DNA from: Magnetococcales bacterium
GTDB lineage: Bacteria; Pseudomonadota; Magnetococcia; Magnetococcales; Magnetaquicoccaceae
NCBI GenBank assembly: GCA_015232245.1
Contig: JADGAB010000001.1
Location: forward strand, 1,388-65,387
Direction: 5' to 3'
DNA: 64,000 nucleotides
Part shown: positions 29,062 through 41,800 of the stretch, in pieces
How positions within the stretch are numbered: position 1 is the stretch's first letter
How the letters are laid out: every line of letters begins with the position of its first letter
Made by a program: the position numbers and the translations under genes
Notes under the pieces: generated by a model
What the model saw: the letters and a program-made list of their open reading frames with translations, nothing else
What the model was told of the DNA's origin: nothing
Databases searched by the model: none

Positions 29062-30395
29062 CAGATTCCCAGCCACTGCCGCATCACGGCCAGGGGACGG
29101 CGCATCAGCCAGTAGGCCAGCGAGACCCGGGAGCCGTCGATGCGCAGGGTGCCTTTCAGACCCACCCTGGGAGAGTCCCGGCCCGGATCGACGCTGGCCC
29201 GCAGACGGTAGGCGTAGGCCCCGTCCGGGCGCTGCACAGCCTCGTAGGCCAGATGCCGCAATCGGCCTGACACCGGATGCAGAGGATCGATGTTCAAAAA
29301 CAGCGTGACCGGCGCCGCCGATGCGAGGGTGATCAGATCGCCCACCGCCAGCCAGGCTTCCACTTCGGTTTCGTCCTCCATGGCGATGGTCATCACCCGT
29401 TCGCCGGTGACCACCGGACGACCGATCCAATCATAGGGATCGTTGAAAATGGCCACCCCGGCCCGGGGCGATTTGATCTGAATCCGGGCCAGCAGATCCC
29501 GCAGATAGTCCACCTCCTGACGGCGCTCCTCGATCCGTCCGGCCAGGATGGCCATCTGGGTTTTGCTCTTGACATCCAGGATCGCCTGTTGCGCGGTTTG
29601 ACGGTATTCCGCCTCCACGGTCTCCAAAGTTTTGAGGGCGACCTCCAGCTTGCCACGCAGAGTGGTGTCATCGAGATTGAAAATCGGCTGACCCGGCGCC
29701 ACGGTTTCGTTGGGACGCACCTGAAACTGATCCACCACCCCATCCATAGGGGCGCGCACCACAGCCGGATCCATCGCCACCATCTCGGCAGGCGCCAGCA
29801 CCGACAGCTTGACCGGCACCATCAGAATCCCTGCCAGGATCAACAGCAGCAGGAGGGGTCTGGCACGCTTGCGCACCGACAGGCCTCTTTTCCAGGAGAC
29901 CGGCACCTGCTGACAGACCATCACCATGGCTCCGGTTTCGGCCAGATGGGCCAGAAAAATCCGTTCCATCTCTGTCCAGTCATCCTCTCCGGGGCGGGTC
30001 AGCAGCATCAGGCCGCATCTGTCCCTGTTGCTGCCCGGACGCAGGACCACCAGCCAGCCATGTTCCGGCAGCCACTCGGCCCAGCCCGACTGCAGGGAGT
30101 CGGGAAGACGGGCGGCGTTCCAGGAGGTTCCTTCCGGTGTGGAATCCTGGTTGAGCAGCGGAAAAATCTTCTCCAACCATTGGATGAAAGGGGCATCCCG
30201 TTGGGGTTCCGTCACTCCGGACATGGCCATCACTCGACCGGTTTCGTTCCACAGGACGGCTTGACGATAGGGCACGAGCAGATGGGTTTCGTTGACCAGG
30301 ATGTAACGGGTTTCCGCCAGGGAGACGGATTGTCGCAGACGCTGTTGCAGATGGATCAGCAGGGCCAGAGGGTTGGGGGTGGAGGGTTCGTTCAT
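29061..30395 (-). CDS. HlyD/RND-type periplasmic adaptor with N-terminal GAF-like region
   Basis: VRAPMDGVV...VRPNETV..GQPIF; coiled coil; IKSPRAGVA; one TM. Confidence 0.85.
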   Translation of the reverse strand: MNEPSTPNPLALLIHLQQRLRQSVSLAETRYILVNETHLLVPYRQAVLWNETGRVMAMSGVTEPQRDAPFIQWLEKIFPLLNQDSTPEGTSWNAARLPDSLQSGWAEWLPEHGWLVVLRPGSNRDRCGLMLLTRPGEDDWTEMERIFLAHLAETGAMVMVCQQVPVSWKRGLSVRKRARPLLLLLILAGILMVPVKLSVLAPAEMVAMDPAVVRAPMDGVVDQFQVRPNETVAPGQPIFNLDDTTLRGKLEVALKTLETVEAEYRQTAQQAILDVKSKTQMAILAGRIEERRQEVDYLRDLLARIQIKSPRAGVAIFNDPYDWIGRPVVTGERVMTIAMEDETEVEAWLAVGDLITLASAAPVTLFLNIDPLHPVSGRLRHLAYEAVQRPDGAYAYRLRASVDPGRDSPRVGLKGTLRIDGSRVSLAYWLMRRPLAVMRQWLGI

Positions 30396-31195
30396 GGTGG
30401 CGGTGCGGGAGGGGTGATCTCGGCCTTGCCGCTCATGCCGGCGATCAGTTCCGGAAACTGCCCCACCACTTCGCCGATCACCTTCACCGACTGGCTCACC
30501 GGATCCACCCGCGCCCCGACCCGCGCCACCTTGACCGGATAATGACGCCCGGTTTCATCGATGACCACCTGGAACGGGGTTCCCTGTCCCAGCCAGGCGA
30601 GCCAGCGGGAGGGGACGATCAACTCCAACTCCAGCATCTGGTCGTCGAGGATTTCCAGAATCGGCTGGCCGGTCTGGACAAACTGCTGTTCCCGGACTTT
30701 CTGCTCCACCACCCGACCGGAGAATGTGGCGGATACGGTGCACTTGTTCAGCGTGGTGGACATGACGTTGACTTCGGCGCGGCTCTCTCCCGCCTTGCTC
30801 TCCGAAAGGGAGAGATCCAGGGCGCCGACGGATTTCAGTTCCAGCAGACGGCGATTGGTGGCCAGATTCTTTTCCGCTCCGTTGTAGACCGCCCGGGCCT
30901 TTTCCAACTGGGATTTCTGGATGGCACAATCGAGCAGGATTAGGGTGTCGCCTTTCTTGAAGCGCTCCCCTTCCCGAAACGGGAGTTTTTCCACCTTGGC
31001 CGCCACCTCGGCAGAGAGCGTGGTGAACTGGCGCGGCACCAACTGGGCGCGGATGGCGTTGGGCATGGCGGCCAGTCCCGTGGGTGACGGGAGAGGTTCC
31101 GCGGCCTGGAGAGGCTGGATCGTCAGCAAGAGAGCGACGACCAGACCTCGTGCCGGTCCGATCGGAAAGCGTTGCCAGAAAGATGCGGCACTCAT
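30392..31195 (-). CDS. Efflux RND periplasmic adaptor (membrane-fusion protein)
   Basis: TLSAEVAAKVEKLPFREGERFKKGDTL; ATFSGRVV; RVDPVSQSV; AGMSG. Confidence 0.88.
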   Translation of the reverse strand: MSAASFWQRFPIGPARGLVVALLLTIQPLQAAEPLPSPTGLAAMPNAIRAQLVPRQFTTLSAEVAAKVEKLPFREGERFKKGDTLILLDCAIQKSQLEKARAVYNGAEKNLATNRRLLELKSVGALDLSLSESKAGESRAEVNVMSTTLNKCTVSATFSGRVVEQKVREQQFVQTGQPILEILDDQMLELELIVPSRWLAWLGQGTPFQVVIDETGRHYPVKVARVGARVDPVSQSVKVIGEVVGQFPELIAGMSGKAEITPPAPPP

Positions 31196-32835
31196 TTCTT
31201 GGCAGGGGGCTTGGGTGACGGGGGCGGTTCTTTCTGTTGTGTCTGCGCGTCATCCATGGTCAACCGGTCCATGCCGATGGAGATTCTTTCCGTCAGGGTG
31301 GGCAGATCCATGCGGGAGACATCTCCAAGATCCATGTCGATGCCCAGAGTGGCATGCAGTCGGCCCAGGGCGTTGTGCATCTCGGCCAGCGACAGGAAGA
31401 GTTTCAGACGGTTGAGGATCTCTTTGGACTGGGCGTCGATCAACTCCAACAGGCTGGCGGCATCCTGTTTCTGCCGGTTGACCACCTGCTGATGGATCCG
31501 TTGGGAGACATCGTAACGCATCTGCGCCCGGCTGAACTGGTTTTTGGTATATTCGAACTGCCGGTTGGCGATATGGATCTGGGCCAGAATCGCCATGCGC
31601 AGGGCCAGACGCCGGGCATGGGCCAGTTCCAGACCGGTATCGGCCAGACTCATCTGGGATGGCGCGGTGAGCAGATTGAAGAGATTGAAGGAGACTTTGG
31701 CCCCGGCGTCGCTCCAGGCTTTGTCCACCAGAAACGAGTTGCTGTCATATTGCCGTCCCAGATTGAAGGAGATTCCCGGCAGCAAACGGGCCACGGCCTT
31801 GCGGGTTTCGTCCATGGCGATGCGGGTTTGCAGGGCGCTTTCCCGCAGATCGGCGTTGAAAAAGAGTGCGGTCTCTTCCATCCGTTCCATGGGCATGGTC
31901 CAGGTGGGCACCTTCAGTTGGGCCTCCCTGGGCAGGGCCAGTTGCAGCGGGGTGCCGGGGGGAAGGTTGATCATGGCGGTCAACTCCACCTGGGCGGAAC
32001 CGAGTTCCATCTCCACGGCTTCCAACTGGGCCAGGTGTTCCAGCAGGTTTTGCTGGAATTGCAGGGCGTCCAGAGGCGCCCGCACTCCCTCTTTTTCCGC
32101 CTGACGGGCAGAGGCCAGGGCCGATTCCACCAGGGCGATGCTCTTCTTGACATCCTGTTGCAGCAGTTGCGCGGAGGCGGCGCGCCAGAACCTGCCCCGC
32201 ACATCCTGAACCAGTTGCTGGGCGATCTTGCGTTGCCGCTCCCGGGCGATGAGAATCCGGTTGGCCTCCTGATGGGCGGTGAAATAGCCCACCCCCAGAT
32301 CCAGGATGTTCCAGGAGAGGGTGAGATCCTCGGTGATCCGGTCCCGGTCCTGGGAGGTGGAAGGGACCGTGGAGGGGGTGCCCGCCGGCAGGGTCATGCT
32401 GGTGGATGCTCCATGATTGGAGCGTCCCGCGTAGCCCGCCGAGGTGACCAGTTTGGGCAGCATGTCGAAGGATGTGACCGTGAGTTGCTGATTGGCCTGC
32501 ATCTCTTCCAGGCTCTTGACCCGCTGCTCCAGGTTGAAGCGCATGGTGCGGGCAATGGCTTCGGGCAGGGTCAGGGGATGATCGAGTTTCTCCTGGGAGA
32601 ACATCTTCTGCCGGTCGGACTGGATCTGTTGATCGAGTTCCGGTTTGGTCAGGGGTTCCGGGCGGATGGCGCAGCCTCCGGCGAGCAGGGCGGCGACCAG
32701 GAGCATCGACGGCCAGACATGTCTGGAAGCGATCCGGTCAGAATTTTCGGCGGTCACGGGCATGAGCGTGATTCCATGGTTCGAGGTTGATATTCGATTC
32801 TTATCGGTGGAAACGGGCCTGGACAATAGCGTCAC
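31192..32835 (-). CDS. TolC-family outer-membrane channel (lipoprotein type)
   Basis: LLAGGC lipobox; LTLPEAIAR; MLPKL; LSWNILDLG; second OEP repeat LLPGISF; GTGA overlap with adhesin stop. Confidence 0.88.
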   Translation of the reverse strand: MTLLSRPVSTDKNRISTSNHGITLMPVTAENSDRIASRHVWPSMLLVAALLAGGCAIRPEPLTKPELDQQIQSDRQKMFSQEKLDHPLTLPEAIARTMRFNLEQRVKSLEEMQANQQLTVTSFDMLPKLVTSAGYAGRSNHGASTSMTLPAGTPSTVPSTSQDRDRITEDLTLSWNILDLGVGYFTAHQEANRILIARERQRKIAQQLVQDVRGRFWRAASAQLLQQDVKKSIALVESALASARQAEKEGVRAPLDALQFQQNLLEHLAQLEAVEMELGSAQVELTAMINLPPGTPLQLALPREAQLKVPTWTMPMERMEETALFFNADLRESALQTRIAMDETRKAVARLLPGISFNLGRQYDSNSFLVDKAWSDAGAKVSFNLFNLLTAPSQMSLADTGLELAHARRLALRMAILAQIHIANRQFEYTKNQFSRAQMRYDVSQRIHQQVVNRQKQDAASLLELIDAQSKEILNRLKLFLSLAEMHNALGRLHATLGIDMDLGDVSRMDLPTLTERISIGMDRLTMDDAQTQQKEPPPSPKPPAKK

Positions 32836-35800
32836 GTGATCGGGTTGTGGCCGGTCAGCAGTTTGACCAGGGCCAGGCTTTTGGCCAGCACTCCCTCCTG
32901 CCCGGCGGAGCGCAGTTGGGCGGTGAAGGCGGGTTTGCCCATGGCTTTGGCCACCGCCCGCTCCTGACCCGGGGCATGGTCCGGATGGAGGTGAGTTTTC
33001 TTCTGACCTGGGGCAAAGCTCTTTTCTTGCGTGCGAGGTTTGCCTCCCAGAAAGATCTTGAACTTCGTGGTGACTTCTTTGCCGTTTTTGTCTTGGGCCT
33101 TTACCGAGATCTCAATGGTTTGGTTCTTGCTGCCGAGTGGGGGGGTGCCTTCGAACCTGCCTGTGGCGACGTTGAACTTGAGCCAAGGGGGCAGAGGCTT
33201 TCCTTCGCCAGCCATGATGCTCAAGGTGGGTTTTTCGCCCTGGAAGGTGTCCTGGGGAATGGTGAAACTGAATTGTTTTCCACTGATTGCCGTTTGATCT
33301 GGAATGGTTTTATTGAGCTTCAGATAAGTGGTTTCACTGCTCTTGCCGGTATCCTTGGCGACATCGGCGGTTTTGGTTTCGGTGGTCGCGGTTTTGGTGT
33401 CCGAGGTGCTCTTTGTTTCGCTGCTCTTGCCGGTTATGGTGGCGATGGCGGCCAGTTGATTAGAATTAAGTGTTTTCTGGACGAGTGAAGTCAAAGTTTG
33501 ATCTGGTGTTGTTGAGGCTTTGTTCAATACGTCTGATGCGGCTGTGAACTGTGTGGTTGTTGACATGGCCGTTTCTTGAGATACGCCGTTGACTAACAAC
33601 GTCTTCACCAAACCTTGGTCGAAAAAATCACTTGGTATAAAGCCAACTCCTACAACATTCTCTGTAGACGCCTTTGCTCCTCCGTCAGAGTTCTTCAATG
33701 GGGATGTTGTCAATGTCCCGCTTGTGATCGTTGTCGAACCTGAATAAGTGTTGGTTGTTGTCAGGGGGCTGATTGAAAAAGAGCTGATGGAGGTAATAGG
33801 CGGGTTTGTGAACACGGAATTAAATGCGTCACCAGTGATTCCGTCCTTTCCTGAAAAGGTTAAACCCACTGGGGGGGTATTGTTGAAGAACTCATCGCTT
33901 GATGTAAGCGAATTTTTCGGGGTTTTGGATGCGAGGAAGGCTGCCTCGAAATTATCACTTGATTGGTTTGTAATTCTTAATTGTGGGGCAACTGGATCGT
34001 ATGTATAAACAGTAAAGAACGATGAATCTTTGGCTATGTTACCTGCTTTTGCTGTAATGTACAGGGTGCCCTTTGATGACAATGATGTGCTTAGATCGGT
34101 AAAAGTGGCTACACCATGGACGGCTTTGATTAGAGTTGTTCCGAACAAAACAGAATTCGTTGACGATGTGTCTCTAATTGTTACTTCTATGTATCCGTTA
34201 TAGTCATAAACGTCTCCATTTGGTTGATAGCATGTAACGATAGGCTGCTTTTTAAAGAGTTTAGAAACATTTTCATACTCTGGGGACTGTGTGAATGCTA
34301 TATAACTGAATGTGGGGCTTTTTTTGACCGCGACTGAAGTGTTCTCCGTGCTGGTCAACCCGTCTGACGAGGCCGTCAAGGTGAGGGTTTCGGGCGAGGA
34401 TGTCCAAAGGTCGGTGAACGTGGCGACACCATTGATGAAGATTGCCGTGGTTGGTCCGTTCAGGATGTTCTTGTCATCTTTCAGGGTTGCGGTTCCTTGT
34501 TTTGAGGTATCGACCAGGTTGTTGTTATCTGTTGCCGCGACTTGCACCGTGAAGCGGTTGCCTGTGCTCACTGTGGGAAGAGGCGGCAGCAGCACCAGTT
34601 TGCTGGCAGGGTTGGCGGTATCTTTCTGCATCGTCAGCGTCGCGGATGTGGTGATCGAAGTTTGGAACTGATCGTAGGCAAAGGCCTTGATCGTGATGGG
34701 GCCTGCAGGCAAAACGCCTTGCCCGGTCCATGTCTTCACAGGGGTGGACAAGGTAAGGTAGAAGTACTGATTATCTGTAGTATATGCAAACTGGTACGTA
34801 TAGTTGTCATCCTTCAACTCCACCCCATCCTGATCCATCACCTTGACCTTCAGAGTCACCACCTGGTTGAGCGTCGCAAACAGCGGGGTGTCCTCGGTGA
34901 AGACCAGTTTGTTCTTGGCCGTGGAGAGGGTGAGAATGGTGTTGGAGGCGTTGCTGGTCACATTTTCGTCCGTTCCCTGACCGTCCTCATAGCTCGCTTT
35001 GACCGTGACCTCATGGCCCACATCGTCGGGGGAGAGGGTATAGGAGGCGCGGGTTTCAAGGAATATCTCTTTGCCATCTCTTTGCCATTGATATTTAATA
35101 CTACTCAACATACCATCCACATCTGTCACTTTATCAACGGTCAGTGTATCCCCTTGCCGGGCGTTGATCATGCCCCGCGCATCGCTTGATGTGTTGACGA
35201 TGGTGACTACACCGGGATCGTTGACATTGGCAATATTCTCGGTGACCGGCACATAATTGATAGAGTACGGTGTCTGTCCGCCTCTTTTGTTGTTCTTTTC
35301 CTTAACACTGCCGAGATCGACTGTGACCCTGGATTCCGCTCCGTTCACCCCAGTGGTCGAAAACCCGCCTGCGTATGTATCATCGATGGCAAACAGAAAA
35401 ACCGGACTTTTGTTCTCATTGTAATTGAGCACCGGAAGAAAACGTATCTTGCTGGTTGCGGCAACAATCAGGCAGCCATCGCCCGGGTTGCCAATATTGG
35501 ACCAATTGTTACCGTCGCTGGAGTATTGCCATCTGCCAATGGAGTTGTCAGTCCTGATCTCAAGACTGTACGCGTCATTATAAATAGCCACCCCACGCAA
35601 ACTGGCGCCTTGATCGGCATCCAGAACATATCGTCCAACCAAGTCACTGATGGTCGCGCCAGATGGATTTGGGGTGTCCTCCATGGTCACCGGAAGTGAG
35701 ACACCTCCATAAGTGTTATTCCATTCCTCGGTCAGATCGGCTTGATTCCAGCTTGGGGCGGTGTTGGGATTGGTAACCGTGAAACTCTTGGCGGTTGCAT

Positions 35801-38800
35801 TGGCGGCCACGATGTTGCCAGCCAGATCCTTCACCTGATTCGCCGCAATCCCGATGGTGTAGGTGCCATAATCATCGCCATCCCAACTGCCTCCCGGCGC
35901 GGTGGCGGTGTAGGTCACCGTGTTGCCGGAGACCGTATAGCCGCTGATGGTCAGGGTATTGGATTTGGGGTCGGTGACCGTCACATTGCTTGTGTCAAAA
36001 GTGGTGGTGTCGATTCCTGCGCCGGTGTCCGCATAGGTCACGGCAAAGGTGAAAGAGGAACCGGTCGGCCCGGCCAGTTTGTCCCGCGTCACAGTGGCGG
36101 TGGGGGCGACGCCATCCACTTTGGCTTTGGAGTTGTGGGTCAGATTATAGGTGAGGATGGCATTGTCGATGACGCCGCTCGCATCCCGAATGGTGGCGTT
36201 GGTCAGCGTGATGCCGTTGGCGGTCACGTCGATGCCGTTGCCATCAAGATCGGAGTCTTGCACCGTGTAGTTGAACAAAAGCTTGGCAGAATCGCTGCCG
36301 CTGACATAGGTGGAGATGCGGTCATCCGTGCCGATCTTGAGCTTGAGCGTCGGTATGCCGGTGACGGTCACGGCCTGATCGAAGTTGACGGTGATGTTGA
36401 TCGTATCCCCGGCCTTGCAGGTGGTGTTGCCGTTGCGGGTGCCATCGTCGATGGAAACGCCGGTGATGTTGGCGACCGAATTGATGGCAATGGTCCGGGT
36501 GTCGCTGCTGGATGCTCCGTTTTTGTCCGTGAGCGTGAACGTTACTGTGCGATCTGCCGTGTTCGGCGTTTTCGAGGCGTTCTCATAACCAATCGCCCGC
36601 ACAGCTTCTTGCACGATGGCATTGGTGGCGTTTTCGTTGAATTGGACCATCAAGACTTGATTGTTGTTCTTCTCAAACCAGGATGTGCCTCCATTGAATT
36701 TTATGATCTTGCCAACAGTTATGCTGTTGTATTGGATTTCATTATCGGAGTCTTGTTTTGTTAGCCATGTAAAATTATTGATAGGATTTAATCGCAAAAA
36801 ATCAGTTATATCATTGTTCGAGGTGATTTGCACCTTCAAGGTGCCGCCGTTCCAGTCGTTGTCGCCATCCACATCGTTGATCATCGCCGCCGCATCGATG
36901 GGGAGGAAGTCGTTTGATTGCTCTGTATAGGTCAGGGTGGCGTCGTTGATGGAGAGCGTCGGAGCGTCGTTGACCGCCGTCACCGAGGTGGTGAGCTCTT
37001 TGGCCTCAAGGGAGATGGCCGAGGAGCCGCCCTTGTTTTTGGTGGGGATCATCGCCCGGGATTCTTCGGCGTTGGTGCTGGAAAAGCCGTAGTTATAGGA
37101 GCTGTCCAGGGCAAGCAGGGTCAGGGGGGTCGGGATGCCGTTGAAGTTGGCAGTCGGCAGAAAACGTATCCTGCTGTCGGCAGCAATGGCCAGGGATCCG
37201 AACGCATCATCCACGCTGCCCACATCGGCCCAGTGGCTGCCGTTGTCGCTGGAATATTGCCATTTCCCTTCGGTGGCGCTGTTGGCGGTATTGCCGACGA
37301 TGGCGACACCTTTCAGGGTGTCTCCTTCGTCGGCATCGACAAACCGCGCCTCGAAGAGATTTTTCACCGTCTCGCCGATTGGGGCTGTGGTGTCTTCCGC
37401 GATGTCGGCCAGGTTGGCGTTTGCCTGCAAGGAGGGGGCGTGGGTGAAGTTGACCATCAGGTCGAAGCGGCTGCGCTCGACCGACACGGGGTTCCCAGCC
37501 AGATCGGTCAGGTTGGGTTGGATCTCGGCAGTATAAAAGCCCGCATCGCTATCATCCCAGCTCCCCCCCGGAGCCTCGCAGGTATAGCTGACCTGGACCT
37601 TGGTGCCGTTGTTGCCATTGACTTTGAAGTCAGTGACCTTCAAGGGATTGCCGGGATCGCTTCCCCATATGCGCACATTGTTGGTACTGAAGGTCGAGGT
37701 GTCGATTCCCGAGCCGTTGTCGTCCTGGTAATTCACCACCAGCTCGAAGCTGTTGCCGGAGGGGTTGGTAAAGATTTGTTTCTGCGGATAGGGCTCTGGC
37801 CCGACCCCATCCACCGTGGCGTTGGCGTTGTTCACCAGGGCATAGGTCAAGGTCGCGTTGTCGGCTGTGCCGGTTGCGTCCTGAATCGTGGCGTTGGTCA
37901 GCGTGATGCCGTTGGCGGTCGCGTCGATGCCGTTGGTATCGTTGTCCGTGTCCTGCGCCGTGTAGGTGAAGACCAGCGATTTGCTGCCGCTGCCACTGGC
38001 GTAGGTGGCGGTTCTGGCCACCCCGCCCACATTGAGCGCCAGGGTGGGGGTGCCGGTGATGTTCACTGCCTGATCGAAACTGGCGGTGACGCTGATGATG
38101 TCCCCGGCCTTGTAGGTGGTGTTGTCAACACGGGTGCCGTTGGCAATGGCAACGCTGGTGATGTCGGCCACGGTATTGATGATGATCCGGCGCTCTGCGC
38201 GAATATAATCACTATTTCCAAGGTCAAAAACAACCACAAAGGCATGAGTGCTGGTGCGGTTATCGTCGCGATCCATATCCAACGCAAAGGGAGTGTTCGA
38301 TGTGTTGCGAAATACCAATGAACGGACCAATTCTTGGACAATGGCATTGGTGGCATTGGCATTGAAGGTGGTATAGATTACTCTGCTATCATGTCCGTCG
38401 AACAAACCAATCGACTGATTTTTGTAAAGAAGAACGTCTTTGTCAATAGTGAAGTTTCCTGAGGACAGGAGGCCCACTTGATCTCCGGCCAAAAGTTGGT
38501 CAACCGTGTAGTTGTAATTACTGTAAGTATCGCGTATTCCTGTGATCATTTTGCGACCGTTCCAGTAGGCGTCGCCGTCCACATTGTTCACGATGGCCGT
38601 TGGTTGGATCAGTATATCTCCGCTGTTTTCGGTATAGGTCAGGGTGTTTTCGTTGATGGTCAACGTGGGTTTGTCGTTGACCGCCTTGACCGTGATGGTG
38701 AAGGTCTGGGTCGCGCTTTGATCGACGCCACCGTTGGCCGTGCCTCCGTCATCGCTGATTTTTACCGTGACCGTGGCCGCGCCGTTGGCATCGGCAGCCG

Positions 38801-41800
38801 GGGTGTAGGTAAGCTTGCCTGTGGCATCGATGGCCGGCTGGCTGGAAAAGAGGGCGATGTTGTCATTGGTGACGGTGAAACTCAACGTCTGGGCGCTTTC
38901 GTTGGTCGCCCCCTTGCCGATGTCCGTGGCCCAACCGGTGACGCTCTGGGCGCCCGCGTCTTCGTTCACGGTCTGATCCGCGCCCTTGGTGAAAACGGGA
39001 ACATCGTTGACCGAAGTGATCGAGGTGGTGACATCCCGGGCTGTGGCGGCGATGGCCGTGCTGCCCCCTGTGGTGGTGGTGTTGACCGTCACCCGGCTCT
39101 CGCCAGAGGCGGTGGTGGAGAAACCAGAAGTATAGGTGTTGTCCAGGGCACGCAGGCTCAGGGGAGACGGGGTACCGTTGTAGTCGGCGACCGGCAGAAA
39201 ACGCACCTTGCTGGCAGCCGCGATGGCCAGTGCCGTGGTGCCATCACTCACGGTTCCCACATCCGCCCAGTTGGCGCCATCGCTGGAATATTGCCATTTC
39301 CCGGTCGTGGTGCTGGCGGTGTTGCCGACGATGGCCACACCGGTAAACGACGCCCCGTTGTCGGCATCGGTGAACAGGTTGCCAAACAGATTGGCAATCG
39401 TCTCTCCGGGGTTGGAGGCCGCATCCTCCGCGATGGCCGCAAGAGCGGCATTGCCGCTCAAGGAGGGGGCGGTGTTGTAGAATACGGCAAAGCTTTTGGC
39501 GCTGCTGTTGGCCGCCACCGCGTTGCCGGCCAGATCCTTGACCTGACTTGCGGCGATGCCGATGGTGTAGGTTCCGCTATCTCCGAGATCCCAACTGCCC
39601 CCGGGAGCGGTTACGGTATAGGTGGCCGTGGCGCCGCTGACGGTGACACCGCTCACGGTCAGGGTCGAGGAGTCGGGACCGGTGACGGTCACATCATTGG
39701 TATCGATGCTGGCGGTATCGAGGCCAGACCCTCCGGTGTCGGCATAGGTGACATCAAACGTGAACGATGTGCCCGTGGGTGGGATCAGATCGGCCCGCAC
39801 CGGTGTTGCCGCCGTGGGCGCGAGGCCATCCACCTTGGCGTTTGTGTTGTTCACCAGGGCATAGGTGAGGGTGGCGTCATCCACCGTGCCGCTGGCATCC
39901 CGAACGGTGGCCGAGGAGATGGTGATGCCGTTGGCGGTGGCATCCACGCCGTTGGTGTCGGTGTCCGTGCTCTGCACCGTGTAATTGAAAACCAATGATG
40001 TGCCGCCGCTGCCGCTGGCATAGGTGGCGGTACGGGTGACGCCGCCCACATCGAGCGCCAGGGTGGGGGTGCCGGTGACGTTCACCGCCTGATCGAAACT
40101 GGCGGTGACGCCGATGGTGTCCCCTGCCTTGTAGGTGGTGTTGCCGTTGCGGGTGCCGTTGGCAATGGCAACGCCGGAGATGTCCGCCACCGAATTGACC
40201 GCGATGGTCCGGGTGTCGGTGGCGATGGTGTTGCCACTGTCGGCCAGCGTGATCGTGACCGTGCGGTTGGTGGTGCCGGGAGTCTCCGAGGTGCTGCGAT
40301 AGGCGATGGCGCGTACCGCATCCTGGACAATGCTGTCCGTGGCGTTGCCGTTGAAGGTGATGGTCAGAAGCGCCCCATTGGTCACCACCCCGTCGTTGGC
40401 TGTGCCGCTGTTCTCGGAGATGGTCCCGACCGAGGTGCCGCTGTAGCGCAAATCGCTGCCGACCAGCGTGAAATTGCCGGATGTGAGGATGCTCAACTCA
40501 TCGGCGGCCTCGTTGTTGGTGGTGATCTGGGCCTTGAGGGTGCCGCCGTTCCAGTCGGCGTTTCCGTCCACATCGCTGGCGGTGGCTGCGGCGTCGATGG
40601 CCGTGGTTGCGGCGTTTTCCGTATAGGACAGGGTGGTGTCGGCGATGGAGAGCACCGGATTGTCGTTGATCGGGGAGACGGTGATGGTGAAGGTCTGGGA
40701 AGCGCTTTGGTTGACCCCGCTGTTGGTCGTGCCGCCGTCATCGCTCAAATAAACCGTCACCGTGGCCGAGCCATTGGCGTCGGCAGCCGAGGTATAGGTG
40801 AGTTTGCCTGTGGCATCGATGGCAGGCTGGCTGGCAAAGAGGGCGTTGTTGTCATTGGTGACGGTGAAGCTCAACGTCTGGGAGCTTTCGTCGGTCGCTC
40901 CCTTGCCCAGGCCCGTGGCCCAGCCGGTGACGCTCTGGGCGCCCGCGTCTTCGTTCACGGTCTGGTCCGCGCCCTTGGTGAAGAGGGGAGCATCGTTGAC
41001 GGACGTGACCGACGTGGTGACATCCCGGGCCGTGGCGGCAATGGCCGTGCTGCCCCCTGTGGTGGTGGTATCCACCGTGACCCGTGTTTCGCCTGAACTT
41101 GTGGTGGAGAAACCGGCGGTGTAGGTATCGTCCAAGGCTCTCAGGGTCAAGGCGGTCGGGGTGCCGTTGTAGTCGGCGACCGGGAGAAAACGCACCTTGC
41201 TGCCCGCCGCAATGGCCAGGGCATTGGCGCTGTCGTTCACCGTGCCGATGGCAAACCAATGGGTGGCGTCACTGGAGTATTGCCATTGGCCTTCCGTGGC
41301 GCTGTTGGCGCTGTTGCCGGTGATGGCCGCTCCGCCAAAGGCGTTGACCGTATCGCTGTCGGCGAACTTGCTGGCAAACAGATTGGTGATCGTCTCCCCG
41401 ACTGGCGTGGCGGCATCTTCCGCGATGGCGGTCAGGGAGGCATTGCCGCTTAAGGTGGGGGCGTGGTTGAAATCCGTCAGAAAACTCTTGGCGCTGGTAT
41501 TGGCTGTCACGGCATTGCCGGCCAGATCTTGCACCTGATTGGCGGCAATCCCGATGGTATAGGTTCCCTCGTCATCGATGCTCCAACCGCCCCCCGGCGG
41601 GGTCACGGTATAGGTCACGGTGTTGCCGCTGGCCGAGACACCGCTGATGGTCAGAAGATTGGAGGAGGGATCCGTGACCGTCACATCACTGGTATCGAAG
41701 GTGGTGGTGTCGATGCCCAGGCCGGTATCCGCGTAGGTGATGGCGAAGGTGAATGAATTGCCCGTCGGATTGCTGAAATCGGCCCGCACCGGTGTTGCCG

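Noticed and set aside
29062-29430. N-terminal 123-aa extension of the 825-aa ORF call
   Set aside because: Overlaps the upstream adaptor gene; the coupled ATG at 29061 is the more plausible start
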